64,000 bases of DNA from Longimicrobiales bacterium (GCA_963664435.2 CAXXKM010000003.1:1600001-1664000); one strand, 5' to 3'; shown: positions 9,657 through 19,018, counted from the stretch's first letter. Numbers and translations: made by a program. Notes: generated by a model from the letters alone, not told the origin.

Positions 9657-11225
9657 TTGTTCGAGAACCTGATCGCCCCGTTGCTCACCATCGCCTTCGG
9701 TGCGTTGGCGGGCGGGCTGACCAACTCGATCGCGATCTGGATGCTCTTCCACCCGTACGAGCCGTTGCGCGTGCGTGGCCGGAAGATCGGTTTCCTGCAG
9801 GGCGCGGTCCCCAAGAACCAGCCGCGCCTGGCCGCGGCCGTCGGCCGGACGGTCGGAAACCGCCTGCTCACCGAATCCGACCTGGAGCGGACGTTCGCCG
9901 ATGAAGAGTTCCGGCGCGCCTTCGATCGGCGCCTGGGCGCGTTCGTGGACGTGCTGCTCCTGGAGGAGCGCGGTTCCCTCCGGGAGATCCTGCCCGCGTC
10001 GATCCTGCCCGAGGTGGAATCGGCGCTGCACCACTCGGCGGTCAGGGTCCGCGAGCAGATCGCGTCCTGGCTCGACTCGGTGGAGTTCGAACGGGCGGTC
10101 GAGGACCGCGCCGGGTCGATTGTGGAAGCACTCTCGGACGTGCCCATCGGCGGGGCGCTCACGCCTGCCCGCAGCGCCGCGCTGGCATCCGCGCTCGACG
10201 GATGGATGGAGGGCACGCTGGGCAGCGACGGCTTCTACCGGGCGGTGGACGACTACCTGTCCTCGGCGGCCCGCTCGCTGCTCTCTCCCGAAAAGACCTT
10301 CGAGCAGACGATTCCGCCCGGAATGGTGGCCGCGTTCGAACGGGGGCTCGCGGACTACCTGCCGCTGGCGATCGCCCGGCTCGGCTCCCTGCTCGAGGAC
10401 GATGGGGCGCGCGCCCGCTTCGAACGGGGCATCAACGACCTGCTGCAGCGCTTCATGCGCGACCTGCGTTTCCACCAGCGGGTGGTGGCGCGCCTGGTCA
10501 TCACCGAGGACACCGTCGAACGGGTCCTGGACGCGATCCGGGAGGAAGGGGCGGAACAGATCGCGCGCATGCTGAAGGATCCCGCGGTCCAGGCGGCCAT
10601 GTCGCGCGGCATCAACGACGCGGTCGTCGATTTCCTGCGCCGTCCCGTCCACCTGGTGCTGGGCGAAGCCGACAGCGAGAGCGTGGTGGCGGCGCGCCAG
10701 ACTGTGGCCAATTGGGTGACCTCGACGGCGCGCGATCCCGCCACACGCAGATTCCTGGTGGGCAAGCTCGAGACGGCGCTGCACGAAGCCGGTGCGCGCA
10801 GCTGGGGCGAGGTGCTGGAGCGCGTCCCTCCCGCTTCGATCGCCGGCGGGCTGGTCTCGCTCGCCAGCAGCGACGCCGCCGCCCGCCTGATCGACGGCGC
10901 GGGCCGCCAGCTCGTCGACACCGTCCTCGACCGCCCCATCGGAGTACCCGCGCGCTGGCTCCCCGACGGTGCAGCCGATCGCCTCAAGCAGGGACTGGGC
11001 GCACCGGTCTGGGAATGGCTGCAGGCCCAGGTGCCCGCGGTGGTTCGGCAGATCGACGTGGCGCGGCGCGTCGAGGAGAAGGTGCTGGCGTTCCCCGCTT
11101 CGCGCATGGAAGAGATCGTGCGCCGGGTGACCGAGCGGGAACTGAAGCTGATCGTGCGCCTGGGCTACGTGCTCGGGGGCATCATCGGCACCGTGCTGGT
11201 GCTCGTGACCCGGCTGGTGGGTTAG
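9657..11225 (+). CDS. DUF445 family membrane-anchored protein
   Basis: GGLTNSIAIWMLFHPY N-terminus; ELKLIVRLGYVLGGIIG C-terminus. Confidence 0.9.
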   Translation: MFENLIAPLLTIAFGALAGGLTNSIAIWMLFHPYEPLRVRGRKIGFLQGAVPKNQPRLAAAVGRTVGNRLLTESDLERTFADEEFRRAFDRRLGAFVDVLLLEERGSLREILPASILPEVESALHHSAVRVREQIASWLDSVEFERAVEDRAGSIVEALSDVPIGGALTPARSAALASALDGWMEGTLGSDGFYRAVDDYLSSAARSLLSPEKTFEQTIPPGMVAAFERGLADYLPLAIARLGSLLEDDGARARFERGINDLLQRFMRDLRFHQRVVARLVITEDTVERVLDAIREEGAEQIARMLKDPAVQAAMSRGINDAVVDFLRRPVHLVLGEADSESVVAARQTVANWVTSTARDPATRRFLVGKLETALHEAGARSWGEVLERVPPASIAGGLVSLASSDAAARLIDGAGRQLVDTVLDRPIGVPARWLPDGAADRLKQGLGAPVWEWLQAQVPAVVRQIDVARRVEEKVLAFPASRMEEIVRRVTERELKLIVRLGYVLGGIIGTVLVLVTRLVG

Positions 11226-11286
11226 GCGGTCGCGAAGGCGGTCGCCATGCTTGATGGCTGATGGGCCACGGGGGGGGAAGCCTGGC

Positions 11287-11523
11287 CTACCTGGACAGGT
11301 CGAACGGCCCCCGGCTCTGCTGACGGCGTCGGTGCGACGCCCGCTCCTGCTTCTTCTGCATCAGGCCGAGGAAGGTGAAGTGGCGCGTGGCCCGCTCCCG
11401 CGGGAGGTTCTTGCCCATCCGCTCTTCGACTTCTTCCACGGTGGGGCCGCGTCCGAAGGAGAGTCCCAGGAAAACCCCGAGCGCGAGCGCGAGGACGCCG
11501 CCCAGTATCTTCAGGAGCAGCAT
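11287..11523 (-). CDS. Small single-TM hypothetical protein
   Basis: SD GGAGG before ATG; N-terminal TM helix, basic tail. Confidence 0.7.
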   Translation of the reverse strand: MLLLKILGGVLALALGVFLGLSFGRGPTVEEVEERMGKNLPRERATRHFTFLGLMQKKQERASHRRRQQSRGPFDLSR

Positions 11524-11545
11524 TCGTTTCTCCTCCGGGGAGTTC

Positions 11546-11692
11546 TCAGCGCCTGAGCGACTCGGGCACCAGAAGGAGCATCAGACCGGTGACCATCATG
11601 ATCGCGACCGCGTTGGTCCCCACCGCGACCAGCGCCACCACGCCCCAGAAGACCACGTGGGTGAAGATGTAGCCGCCAGGCACCCAGCTCAT
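11546..11692 (-). CDS. Possible 48-aa hydrophobic small membrane protein
   Basis: MSWVPGGYIFTHVVFWGVVALVAVGTNAVAIMMVTGLMLLLVPESLRR; GAGGGG upstream; co-oriented with neighbours. Confidence 0.5.
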   Translation of the reverse strand: MSWVPGGYIFTHVVFWGVVALVAVGTNAVAIMMVTGLMLLLVPESLRR

Positions 11693-11788
11693 GTTGCCCC
11701 TCGCGCGAGCGGTTCGAAGTTCGTGAACAGGGGCGTCGAATCCCCCGTTTGCCGGCATCAATATGGGCCCCGCGGGGAAGCCTGTCCA

Positions 11789-12142
11789 TCAGGTCTGCGC
11801 TTCGGCGCCCCGGGACGGTCTGGCGCGCGTCTCCTCGATCACCCATTCCAGGTACGCGGGATTGCCGGCCGAGACGGGAAGAGCGAGGATCTCGGGGACG
11901 TCGTAGGGATGCAGTTCGCGCGTCCGCCGCGTGAGCGCTTCGACCCGGTCGGCCGCCGTCTTGAGCACCACCAGCGCTTCTTCCTCCTCCTCCACCGCGC
12001 CCTGCCAACGGTACACCGACGTCACCGCCGGCACCACGCTCCCGCATGCCGCCAGCCGTTCCTCGACCAGGACTCGGGCCAACTGCCGTCCGGCTTCGGC
12101 TCCCGGCGTGGAAACCAGCACCACCCGGTGCGCATCCGACAC
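11789..12142 (-). CDS. cutA: Divalent-cation tolerance protein CutA
   Basis: LVEERLAAC, SVYRWQG, HPYDVPEI, YLEW. Confidence 0.93.
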   Translation of the reverse strand: MSDAHRVVLVSTPGAEAGRQLARVLVEERLAACGSVVPAVTSVYRWQGAVEEEEEALVVLKTAADRVEALTRRTRELHPYDVPEILALPVSAGNPAYLEWVIEETRARPSRGAEAQT

Positions 12143-12173
12143 CCGACGCTCTCCCGGCTCGAGAAAGGCCCGC

Positions 12174-13979
12174 TCAGCCCGCGAAGTAGTCGCGGTCGAC
12201 GTTCGCTTCGTCGTACAGCGACTCGATGAGCGCACCGTAGCGCTCCTCCACGCTACGTCGCCGGACCTTCTGGGTCGGTGTCAGCGTCCCGTCCTCGATC
12301 GTGAACGCCGTCGCCAGGAAGGCCGTCTTCTTGGGCGTCTCGAAACTGGCCAGGTCCGCCAGCGATGCCTTGACCCTGCCCCCCAGAAACTCCTGGCACC
12401 TCGCATCCCGGAGCAGCGCCCCGAGGTCCGAGGCGTCGATCTCGCCGGCGGCCGCCCAACGGTTCAGCTGCTCGAAGTCGGGCACCACGAGAAGAGCGGG
12501 AAAACGGCGCCGGTCGCCCACCATGACCGCCTGGTCGATGTACGGGTCGAGCTTGAGCCGGTTCTCGATCGGCTGTGGCGCGATGTTCTTGCCGCCGGCG
12601 GTGACGATGATGTCCTTCTTGCGGTCGGTAATGCGGAGATAGCCGTCCTCGTCGAACTCGCCGATGTCGCCGGTCTTGAACCACCCTTCCTCGTCGATGG
12701 CTTCGGCGGTGTCCTCGGGGCGGTTGAAGTATCCCTTCATGACCTGCGGCCCGCGAATGCAGATCTCCCCGTCGGAGGCGATGCGGATCTCCGTGCCCGG
12801 AACTGCCTTGCCGACGGTCCCGATGCGGAAGTTCTCGAAGGTGTTCACGTTGGTGACCGGGCTGGTCTCGGTCAGCCCGTATCCTTCGAGGATCTGAAGC
12901 CCGGCGGCGAAGAAGAACCTGTTGATGCCGGGCGAAAGCGGTGCGCCGCCGCTTACGAAGAAACGCAGCCGTCCGCCGACTGCCGCGCGCAGCTTGCTGA
13001 ACACCAGCTTGTCGGCCAGGGACTTGCGGACCCGCGTCCACCACCCCGGATCGCGGCCTTCCAGCACCGCGTCGGCGTGCGCGAGCCCCACCGACGACGC
13101 CCAGCCCACCAGCAGCCCCTTCACGCCCGTCGCTCCGGTTACCGTGTTGTATACCCGCTCGTACAGCCGGGGAACCGAGACGGCCACGGTCGGTCGCACG
13201 ATCTTCAGGTCCTCGGCCACGGTCGTCATGTCGCGCCCGTACGCGATGGTGCACCCCACGCTGAAGAAGACGTAGTCCACCATGCGCTGGAAGACGTGCG
13301 ACAGGGGCAGGAAACTGAGCGTGGTGTCGGTGTCCGAAATGTCGAGCAGCGTCCGGGACACGTGCACGTTCGAGCCGATGTTGGCATGGGTGAGCAATAC
13401 GCCCTTCGGATGGCCTGTCGTGCCCGAGGTATAGAGGATGGTGGCGACCGCCTCGGGCCGCGCGGCGAGCGCCTCCTCCCGAAACGCCTCTTCGCTAAGG
13501 CCGACGGGATCGAGTTGCACGAAGTCGCGCCATGCCATGGTGCCTTCGGGCATCTCGCCGGGGGCATCGAAAACGATGATGTGGCGGAGTTCGGGGCACT
13601 GGTCCCGAACCTCCATGAGCTTCGCGAGCTGTACATCGTCCTCGGCGAAAACGGCCCGGGCGCCCGAGTCTCGCAGAATGTAGGCGATCTGGGGCGCGGT
13701 CAGGCTGGGATAGATCGGGACGTCGCGGACGCCGGCGCACAGGCAGGCGTAGTCGGCGAGCGCCCACTCGGGGCGGTTGGCGGAAAGGATGGCCGCCGCC
13801 TCCCCGCGCCCGATCCCGAGTGCGCGCAGCCCGCTCGCGGCCATCCGGGTGGTGCGGAACACTTCATCGTAGGAGATCCGCGACCAGGTCAGGTCGGCAG
13901 TCGGAGCCCTCAGCGCGGTTGCGCTGCCGAATCGCTCGACCGCCTCCAGAAACAGGCTGGTGAGCGTGGCGGAGCTCAC
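12174..13979 (-). CDS. fadD: Long-chain fatty acid--CoA ligase (AMP-binding)
   Basis: YTSGTTGHPKG, EGYGLTET, GWFKTGDIG, ITDRKKD; GTGA overlap with the OsmC stop. Confidence 0.93.
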   Translation of the reverse strand: MSSATLTSLFLEAVERFGSATALRAPTADLTWSRISYDEVFRTTRMAASGLRALGIGRGEAAAILSANRPEWALADYACLCAGVRDVPIYPSLTAPQIAYILRDSGARAVFAEDDVQLAKLMEVRDQCPELRHIIVFDAPGEMPEGTMAWRDFVQLDPVGLSEEAFREEALAARPEAVATILYTSGTTGHPKGVLLTHANIGSNVHVSRTLLDISDTDTTLSFLPLSHVFQRMVDYVFFSVGCTIAYGRDMTTVAEDLKIVRPTVAVSVPRLYERVYNTVTGATGVKGLLVGWASSVGLAHADAVLEGRDPGWWTRVRKSLADKLVFSKLRAAVGGRLRFFVSGGAPLSPGINRFFFAAGLQILEGYGLTETSPVTNVNTFENFRIGTVGKAVPGTEIRIASDGEICIRGPQVMKGYFNRPEDTAEAIDEEGWFKTGDIGEFDEDGYLRITDRKKDIIVTAGGKNIAPQPIENRLKLDPYIDQAVMVGDRRRFPALLVVPDFEQLNRWAAAGEIDASDLGALLRDARCQEFLGGRVKASLADLASFETPKKTAFLATAFTIEDGTLTPTQKVRRRSVEERYGALIESLYDEANVDRDYFAG

Positions 13980-14413
13980 GGCGCCCCCGGCGCGGCAGCC
14001 GGCGTCCGATACCGGATGCGGGTCGTGATCCGGATGTCGCTGCGCAGCGAGTTGAGGGCGCTGCAATACTTGTCGCGCGACAGCTCGACCGCGCGCTCGA
14101 CCCGCGCGGAGTCCTCGGGTCGGGGTCCGGAGAGGACGACGTCGAGGCCGATGCGGGTGTAGCGGCGGGGATGATCTTCGGCGCGCGAACCCCGGACGAC
14201 GAAATCCAGTTCCTCGAGCGGCACCCGCGACTTGCGCAGAATCTCCTGGATGTCGATCCCCATGCACGCGGCGACGCCCAGCAGCAGCGTGTCCATGGGA
14301 GAGGGCCCGCGCGCGCCGTCCCCATCGATGGTCATGGCCGGATCGCCAGCCCCGGACCGACCCTCGTAGGCCCGCCCCGTGCCCAGCCAGGAGAGGCGGA
14401 CCTCCCTATCCAT
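13976..14413 (-). CDS. OsmC family (YhfA-like) protein
   Basis: GPSPMDTLLLGVAAC and SRDKYCSA with two conserved Cys. Confidence 0.9.
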   Translation of the reverse strand: MDREVRLSWLGTGRAYEGRSGAGDPAMTIDGDGARGPSPMDTLLLGVAACMGIDIQEILRKSRVPLEELDFVVRGSRAEDHPRRYTRIGLDVVLSGPRPEDSARVERAVELSRDKYCSALNSLRSDIRITTRIRYRTPAAAPGAP

Positions 14414-14846
14414 CCCCATCTGCAGCCCCCTGCTCCAGTTCACGCTTCAAAGTCGCCAGTGTGCTGCGCGCATGGGAGATGTGCTGCTCGTACTCGGGAC
14501 CCCGGGGAGGGTTGGCGAGGAACGTGCTGAGGTGATCGACGGCCGCCCTCTTCTGTCCGGCACGCCGCAGCAGAAACCCGAGCCCGTAGTGGGCCCCGGC
14601 CGTATCCGGATGCTTGCGCAATACGTGGCGATAGGTCTTCGCCGCCTCGTCCGACATCCCGATCCGGGTGTAGACCATGGCGATTTCCTGCAGGATGACG
14701 GGGTCTCCGGGAGACTCCTTCAAGGCGAGATTGAAGGAGTTCAGCGCGTCCTGGTACTTGCCCTCCTCGACGAGGGCACGCGCATCCTCATGGTAGTCTG
14801 TCTTGTCCGGGCCGGAGCCCCGGAAAAGACCTTTAATCCAACCCAT
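14406..14846 (-). CDS. Tetratricopeptide repeat protein
   Basis: TPR-like helices (AHYGLGFLL, YQDALNSF); overlaps the OsmC start. Confidence 0.85.
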   Translation of the reverse strand: MGWIKGLFRGSGPDKTDYHEDARALVEEGKYQDALNSFNLALKESPGDPVILQEIAMVYTRIGMSDEAAKTYRHVLRKHPDTAGAHYGLGFLLRRAGQKRAAVDHLSTFLANPPRGPEYEQHISHARSTLATLKRELEQGAADGDG

Positions 14847-14945
14847 TTGGTACGTCGGTGCGGGGGATGGAGGATGGGGATCGGAAAGTGCGAGTGGCTG
14901 CGAAAACTATCCGCAGCCGAGGTGCGAAGCAAACACCGTCGGCCG

Positions 14946-15581
14946 CTAGTCGAGGCGCCCCACCAGCACGCCCTCCTCGCTCGCCAGCACCTTGAGGTCC
15001 CGGCTGCGAAAGGCCTGCTCGCCATCGGCGGAGGCACCCAGGAGGACGATGCGCCCGGCTGGCGCCAGGCATCGCGCAGCGTCGTCGAGCAGAGGTTCGG
15101 CCCACGACCCCGCCAGGGCGATGCCGGCCAGCGATCCGTCGCGCAGCGGCAGCCTTTGGGATGCCATGAGCCAGCTCGCGCCGCCAGGCGGCCGGAAGTC
15201 GCACCGCGGGGCCAGCGCAACCACCTCCACGTCGGGAAGCAGGGACGCAAGCCCGGACGCCCGGCCGGCCAGGTTCCCGGCGACCGCGATCAGCGCGGGA
15301 CCCCGGGCCACGCCGATCAGCGCGGCAAGGCGCAGCGTCTCGGGTGCGGAGGCGTCTGCCGTCGGCGGAGGGACGCCGCGCGCGCGTCGATGGGTCCGGG
15401 AGCGCGGAGGATGACGAAGATCCGCGACGCCGCGCGCGACCGGATAGAGCACGCGGCAGTTGGAGCAGCCCAGAAAGCCGTCGACCACGCTTCCCTCCTC
15501 CACCTGGTCCGCACGCAGAACCAGGCCGAAGCCCGGGCCGCAACGCGGACAGATCAGACGCTCGGTGAGCTGCGGATTCAC
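14946..15581 (-). CDS. Trm112-like zinc-knuckle protein with degenerate methyltransferase-like C-terminal domain
   Basis: LICPRCG...LGCSNC..YPVARGVADL; LPLRDGSLAGI...ARCLAPAGRIV. Confidence 0.7.
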   Translation of the reverse strand: MNPQLTERLICPRCGPGFGLVLRADQVEEGSVVDGFLGCSNCRVLYPVARGVADLRHPPRSRTHRRARGVPPPTADASAPETLRLAALIGVARGPALIAVAGNLAGRASGLASLLPDVEVVALAPRCDFRPPGGASWLMASQRLPLRDGSLAGIALAGSWAEPLLDDAARCLAPAGRIVLLGASADGEQAFRSRDLKVLASEEGVLVGRLD

Positions 15582-15617
15582 GTCTTCAGCGGCGGCGCCG
15601 GACGAGGTTCGCCCACG

Positions 15618-16349
15618 TCACGCGCGTTCGATCTGCAGAAGGGGGATCTGGACGGTGGGGGGGCGGGTGGCCAGAAACAGGATGGCCTCGGCTACCTGCC
15701 GTGCTTCGAGCATGGCGTCGCGCGGCGGAAGCCCGGGGTGCAGCTCCGGGTCGATGGCATCCCAGAGCGGAGTGTCGCACGCCCCCGGCTCGACCAGCGA
15801 GGTCCGCACGCCCGTTCCGCGGGTTTCCTCCCGCAGAACCTCGTGCATGCCGCGCAGCCCGAACTTGGAGGCGGAGTAGGCGCTGTTGTCGGGAAACGCG
15901 GTACGTCCCGCCACCGAACCCACCAGCACGATCTGCCCTCGGTTCCGCCGCAGCATGTCGGGGAGGAAGGCCCGTGCCAGGAGAAAGGCGCTTCGCAGGT
16001 TGACGCTCAGGCTGCGGTCCAGATCCGCCACGCCCGTCTGGTGAAGGGGGGCGAGGGAAAACACCCCTGCCGCGTGGACGAAGATGTCGGGGGAGCCGCC
16101 CAGGCGCGCCGACACCTCCGCCGACATGGCCTCCAGCTGGCGAGCGTCGGCGAGATCCGCCGGAAGGTCGTGCGCGCCGGTCTCGCCTGCGATGCGGGCG
16201 AGCAGGTCGCGCCGCCGCGCCACCAGAAAGACCTCCGCCCCGGCCGACGCCAGCAGGCGCGCGCATGCGGCGCCGATCCCGCTGGTCGCGCCCGTCACCA
16301 GCGCGGAGCAGCCGGCCAGGACGGCCGATCGCCCGCGGGGTTCTCCCAT
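15618..16349 (-). CDS. Short-chain dehydrogenase/reductase (sepiapterin reductase candidate)
   Basis: TGATSGIG, VGSVAG, YSASK; TGATG coupling to the folE stop. Confidence 0.88.
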   Translation of the reverse strand: MGEPRGRSAVLAGCSALVTGATSGIGAACARLLASAGAEVFLVARRRDLLARIAGETGAHDLPADLADARQLEAMSAEVSARLGGSPDIFVHAAGVFSLAPLHQTGVADLDRSLSVNLRSAFLLARAFLPDMLRRNRGQIVLVGSVAGRTAFPDNSAYSASKFGLRGMHEVLREETRGTGVRTSLVEPGACDTPLWDAIDPELHPGLPPRDAMLEARQVAEAILFLATRPPTVQIPLLQIERA

Positions 16350-17005
16350 CAGTCCAGTTTCCCCGACTTCAGCGCCAGGGCGAGGAACTCCTCGCGGGTC
16401 CGTGGATCCTCCAGAAACAACCCCCGCATCGCCGACGTGAGGGTCGAGGAGTTCTGCTGTTCGACGCCCCGCATCATCATGCACAGGTGGTGCGCCTCGA
16501 CGATCACGCCCACGCCCTGCGGGCGCACCACATCCCACAGCCCCTGGGCGATCTGCTCCGTCAGCCTCTCCTGCACCTGGAGCCGGCGGGCGAAGACGTT
16601 CACGATGCGCGCCGTCTTGGAAAGTCCGACGATGCGCCCGTTCGGGATGTAGGCCACGTGGACCTTGCCGAAGAATGGCAGGAGGTGGTGTTCGCACAGG
16701 GAATACATCTCGATGTTGCGCACGAGCACCATGTTCTGGTGGCTCTCCTGGAAGAGAGCTCCGGTCATCACCTCTTCGGGCGTCTGCGCGTACCCGCTGG
16801 TGAACAGTTCCATCGAGCGCGCGACCCGGGTCGGCGTGCGCACCAGCCCCTGCCTGTCGGGATCCTCGCCGAGTCGGCGGATGATCTCGGCCACCAGCTC
16901 CTCGAACGAGGCCTGTGCCAGCGAAGCCGGGCGGGACCCGGATGCTCCCTCGCGATCCGGGCCGGGGCCGTTCCCCCGCAGGAGTTCCACTTCGCGGCTA
17001 CTCAC
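16349..17005 (-). CDS. folE: GTP cyclohydrolase I (type IA)
   Basis: [34 protein letters not shown]. Confidence 0.97.
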   Translation of the reverse strand: MSSREVELLRGNGPGPDREGASGSRPASLAQASFEELVAEIIRRLGEDPDRQGLVRTPTRVARSMELFTSGYAQTPEEVMTGALFQESHQNMVLVRNIEMYSLCEHHLLPFFGKVHVAYIPNGRIVGLSKTARIVNVFARRLQVQERLTEQIAQGLWDVVRPQGVGVIVEAHHLCMMMRGVEQQNSSTLTSAMRGLFLEDPRTREEFLALALKSGKLD

Positions 17006-17414
17006 CCGAGTACTCCGCGCGGTTCCTCGGCGTCTCCCACAGGACCAGCTTCACCAGCTCCACCTCCGGGGGCATCCGTTCGCGCAGCCTGTGCCACATC
17101 GCCACGACCACGTTCTCCGTGGTGGGAATCGTCCCCTCCAGCCAGTCGACATCCAGGTTCAGGTTGGCGTGGTCCACCTCGGCGACCACCCGTTCCTGCA
17201 CCAGATCGCGCAACCGCTTCAGGTCCAGGACGTAACCCGTGTCAGGGTCGACCGGTCCCTCCACGGTCACGTCCAGCTCGTAGTTGTGGCCGTGCCAGTT
17301 GGGATTGGCGCAACTGCGGAACACCTCCTGGTTGCGCTCGTCGGACCACTCGGGCCGGTGCAGCCGGTGGGCGGCGCAGAAGTGCATCCTCCGCGTGATC
17401 CTTACCCGCGGCAT
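16998..17414 (-). CDS. 6-pyruvoyl-tetrahydropterin synthase, CX5HGH (PTPS-II) type
   Basis: [34 protein letters not shown]. Confidence 0.92.
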   Translation of the reverse strand: MPRVRITRRMHFCAAHRLHRPEWSDERNQEVFRSCANPNWHGHNYELDVTVEGPVDPDTGYVLDLKRLRDLVQERVVAEVDHANLNLDVDWLEGTIPTTENVVVAMWHRLRERMPPEVELVKLVLWETPRNRAEYSGE

Positions 17415-17450
17415 CTTTCCCTTCCCGCTGCGGACACGAGGACGGCCATC

Positions 17451-17491
17451 AGAAAAACAGGAGACCGGCGCCCCGTCGGACGCCAGCCTCC
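17451..17491 (-). terminator. Intrinsic terminator between the 6S-like RNA and PTPS
   Basis: GGAGGCTGGCGTCC-GACG-GGGCGCCGGTCTCC hairpin followed by TGTTTTTCT. Confidence 0.75.
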
Positions 17492-17493
17492 CG

Positions 17494-17646
17494 ACATTTC
17501 GGAGGAGATATTTGAAGCCCGGGTACGAATCCTTGGCGACCTCCCCGCGAGTTCCGCAGTCCCCGGTTCCGGGGCATTGCGTCCGGCGCGAGAGCCAGTC
17601 CCGGCCTCATTGTGTTGGCTCAATTATCGATTGGCCTCCGAAACGC
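17494..17646 (-). ncRNA. 6S (SsrS)-like RNA candidate
   Basis: 5' GCGTTTCGGAGG..GATAATTGAGCC pairs with 3' GGCTTCAAATATC.CCTCCGAAATGT; central unpaired bubble (AACACAATGAG / AAGGATTCGTA); apical irregular hairpin; own promoter and terminator. Confidence 0.65.
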
Positions 17647-17652
17647 AAGGCA

Positions 17653-17681
17653 AAAGTAGCGATGCCGATCATGTTTGTCCA
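17653..17681 (-). promoter_or_regulatory. Sigma70-type promoter for the 6S-like RNA
   Basis: TGGACA-N17-TACTTT ending 7 nt before the predicted RNA 5' end. Confidence 0.6.
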
Positions 17682-17707
17682 ACAGCCGCCGACTCGCGTC
17701 CTCGCGC

Positions 17708-17756
17708 CTGCGGTCGCGGAACCGTTCGACTGCGGTCGCGGAGCCGTTCGACTGCG
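17708..17756. repeat. Tandem repeat, 22-bp unit CTGCGGTCGCGGA(A/G)CCGTTCGA x2.2
   Basis: Visible directly. Confidence 0.85.
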
Positions 17757-17761
17757 AAGGC

Positions 17762-18880
17762 TCAGCCGCCGGCCCTCGATTCGCCGCGCTCGAGCAGCCC
17801 GTGGGCGACACACAGCTCGGCGTTGGCCAGGCACGCCCCGGCGGCGCCACGCACCCCGTTGTGCACCACGGTGACGAGAGCCAGATCGTGCGGGGGCGCG
17901 GAACGAACGCGGCCGACGCTGACCGCCATGCCGCGCGAGGCGCCGATGTCGAGGCGAGACTGGGGCCGGTCGGGCTCGGAGCGCACCGCGATGGGGCGTT
18001 CCGGGAGCGTCGGCAACTCGGGAAGGGGCGGGCAGGGGCGGTAGTCGAGCAGGCTGCGCTCGACCTCCTCCGGTCGTGCCGGCGTCCGCAGCTTCAGGAA
18101 GACATGAGCCATGTGACCATCGAGCACGGGCACCCGATTCGTGCTGGCGGCGACCCGGATTCGGGTGCCGAGGATCTTGTTGAGTTCGGGCCCGATCTTT
18201 TCCTCTTCGCCCGAGATCCAGGGAACGACGTTTCCGGACATCTGCACCGCGGCCGTGCCGCGTAGCCCGGCACCGGTGAGCGCCTGCAGGGTGACCACCG
18301 TCGCCTCCTCGATCCCGAAGCTCCCTTCGATCGGAGCGAGCGCCAGCGCAACTCCGACCACGACGCAGTTCGGGTTGGTCACCAGCGCGCCTCCCGCGGC
18401 GACCCACGGCTGGGACCTGGTCCGTGCCAGATCGCCAGCGTTGATTTCCGGCACGATCAGGGGCACGTCCACGCGCTGACGGTGCGCGGAGGCGTTGCTG
18501 CAAACGACGTGGCCGCCGCGGGCGAGATCGAGTTCCAGGTCGGTTGCGACGGCGCGCGGCAGCGCCGAAAGAACCAGCCGGCTGCGCAGTGGGTCGCCAA
18601 CGGCGCGTACGGGCAGCCCTGCGGCCCCGTCCGGGATGCGGCCGGTCAGGCTCCAGGGCACCACGTCCGCATAGCGCCGGCCGGCACTCCGCGACGACGC
18701 GGCGACTTCGGCCAGCCGCAGCGAAGGATGCCCGGAAAGCATGCGAACCAGGCGCTGGCCGACGATTCCCGTGGCCCCCAGCACGGCCACCGGCAGGCGT
18801 GGGTTCAATGGGTGAGCGCTCACTTCAGTCTCCGGGGCGAACAGGCCATCCGTCGGCTCGGGCATTGGGGAGAATCCCAC
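17762..18880 (-). CDS. asd: Aspartate-semialdehyde dehydrogenase (archaeal/fungal-type clade)
   Basis: LGATGIVGQR, SNASAHR, VPLIVPEIN, NPNC, RVPVLDGH, HNGVRGAAG. Confidence 0.9.
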   Translation of the reverse strand: MGFSPMPEPTDGLFAPETEVSAHPLNPRLPVAVLGATGIVGQRLVRMLSGHPSLRLAEVAASSRSAGRRYADVVPWSLTGRIPDGAAGLPVRAVGDPLRSRLVLSALPRAVATDLELDLARGGHVVCSNASAHRQRVDVPLIVPEINAGDLARTRSQPWVAAGGALVTNPNCVVVGVALALAPIEGSFGIEEATVVTLQALTGAGLRGTAAVQMSGNVVPWISGEEEKIGPELNKILGTRIRVAASTNRVPVLDGHMAHVFLKLRTPARPEEVERSLLDYRPCPPLPELPTLPERPIAVRSEPDRPQSRLDIGASRGMAVSVGRVRSAPPHDLALVTVVHNGVRGAAGACLANAELCVAHGLLERGESRAGG

Positions 18881-18948
18881 TGGCGGGCGTCCGGGAACGC
18901 CCCCGGCGTCTGCGGGCCCGTCGCTCGACCGGCCTCGATGAATCGCGG

Positions 18949-18977
18949 AGGGTACAGGAATGCGGTAGTCGAGTCAA
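18949..18977 (-). promoter_or_regulatory. Sigma70-type promoter for asd
   Basis: TTGACT-N17-TACCCT. Confidence 0.55.
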
Positions 18978-19018
18978 CGGTGACGATGTTCCAACCGTCG
19001 GGGGTAGCCGTCGCCGCG

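Noticed and set aside
11931..16652. Long plus-strand ORFs (743 aa, 757 aa) and similar antisense ORFs throughout
   Set aside because: Shadow ORFs typical of high-GC DNA, opposite well-supported genes and without recognisable motifs
16998..17414. queD / queuosine or 7-deazaguanine DNA-modification cluster
   Set aside because: Motif is CX5HGH rather than CX3HGH, and no queC/queE/queF/dpdA is present
17451..17646. Known folate-related riboswitch (THF, THF-II/folE, ZTP, preQ1)
   Set aside because: I could not match their conserved motifs by eye; end-to-end pairing with a central bubble fits 6S better. Needs Infernal to exclude
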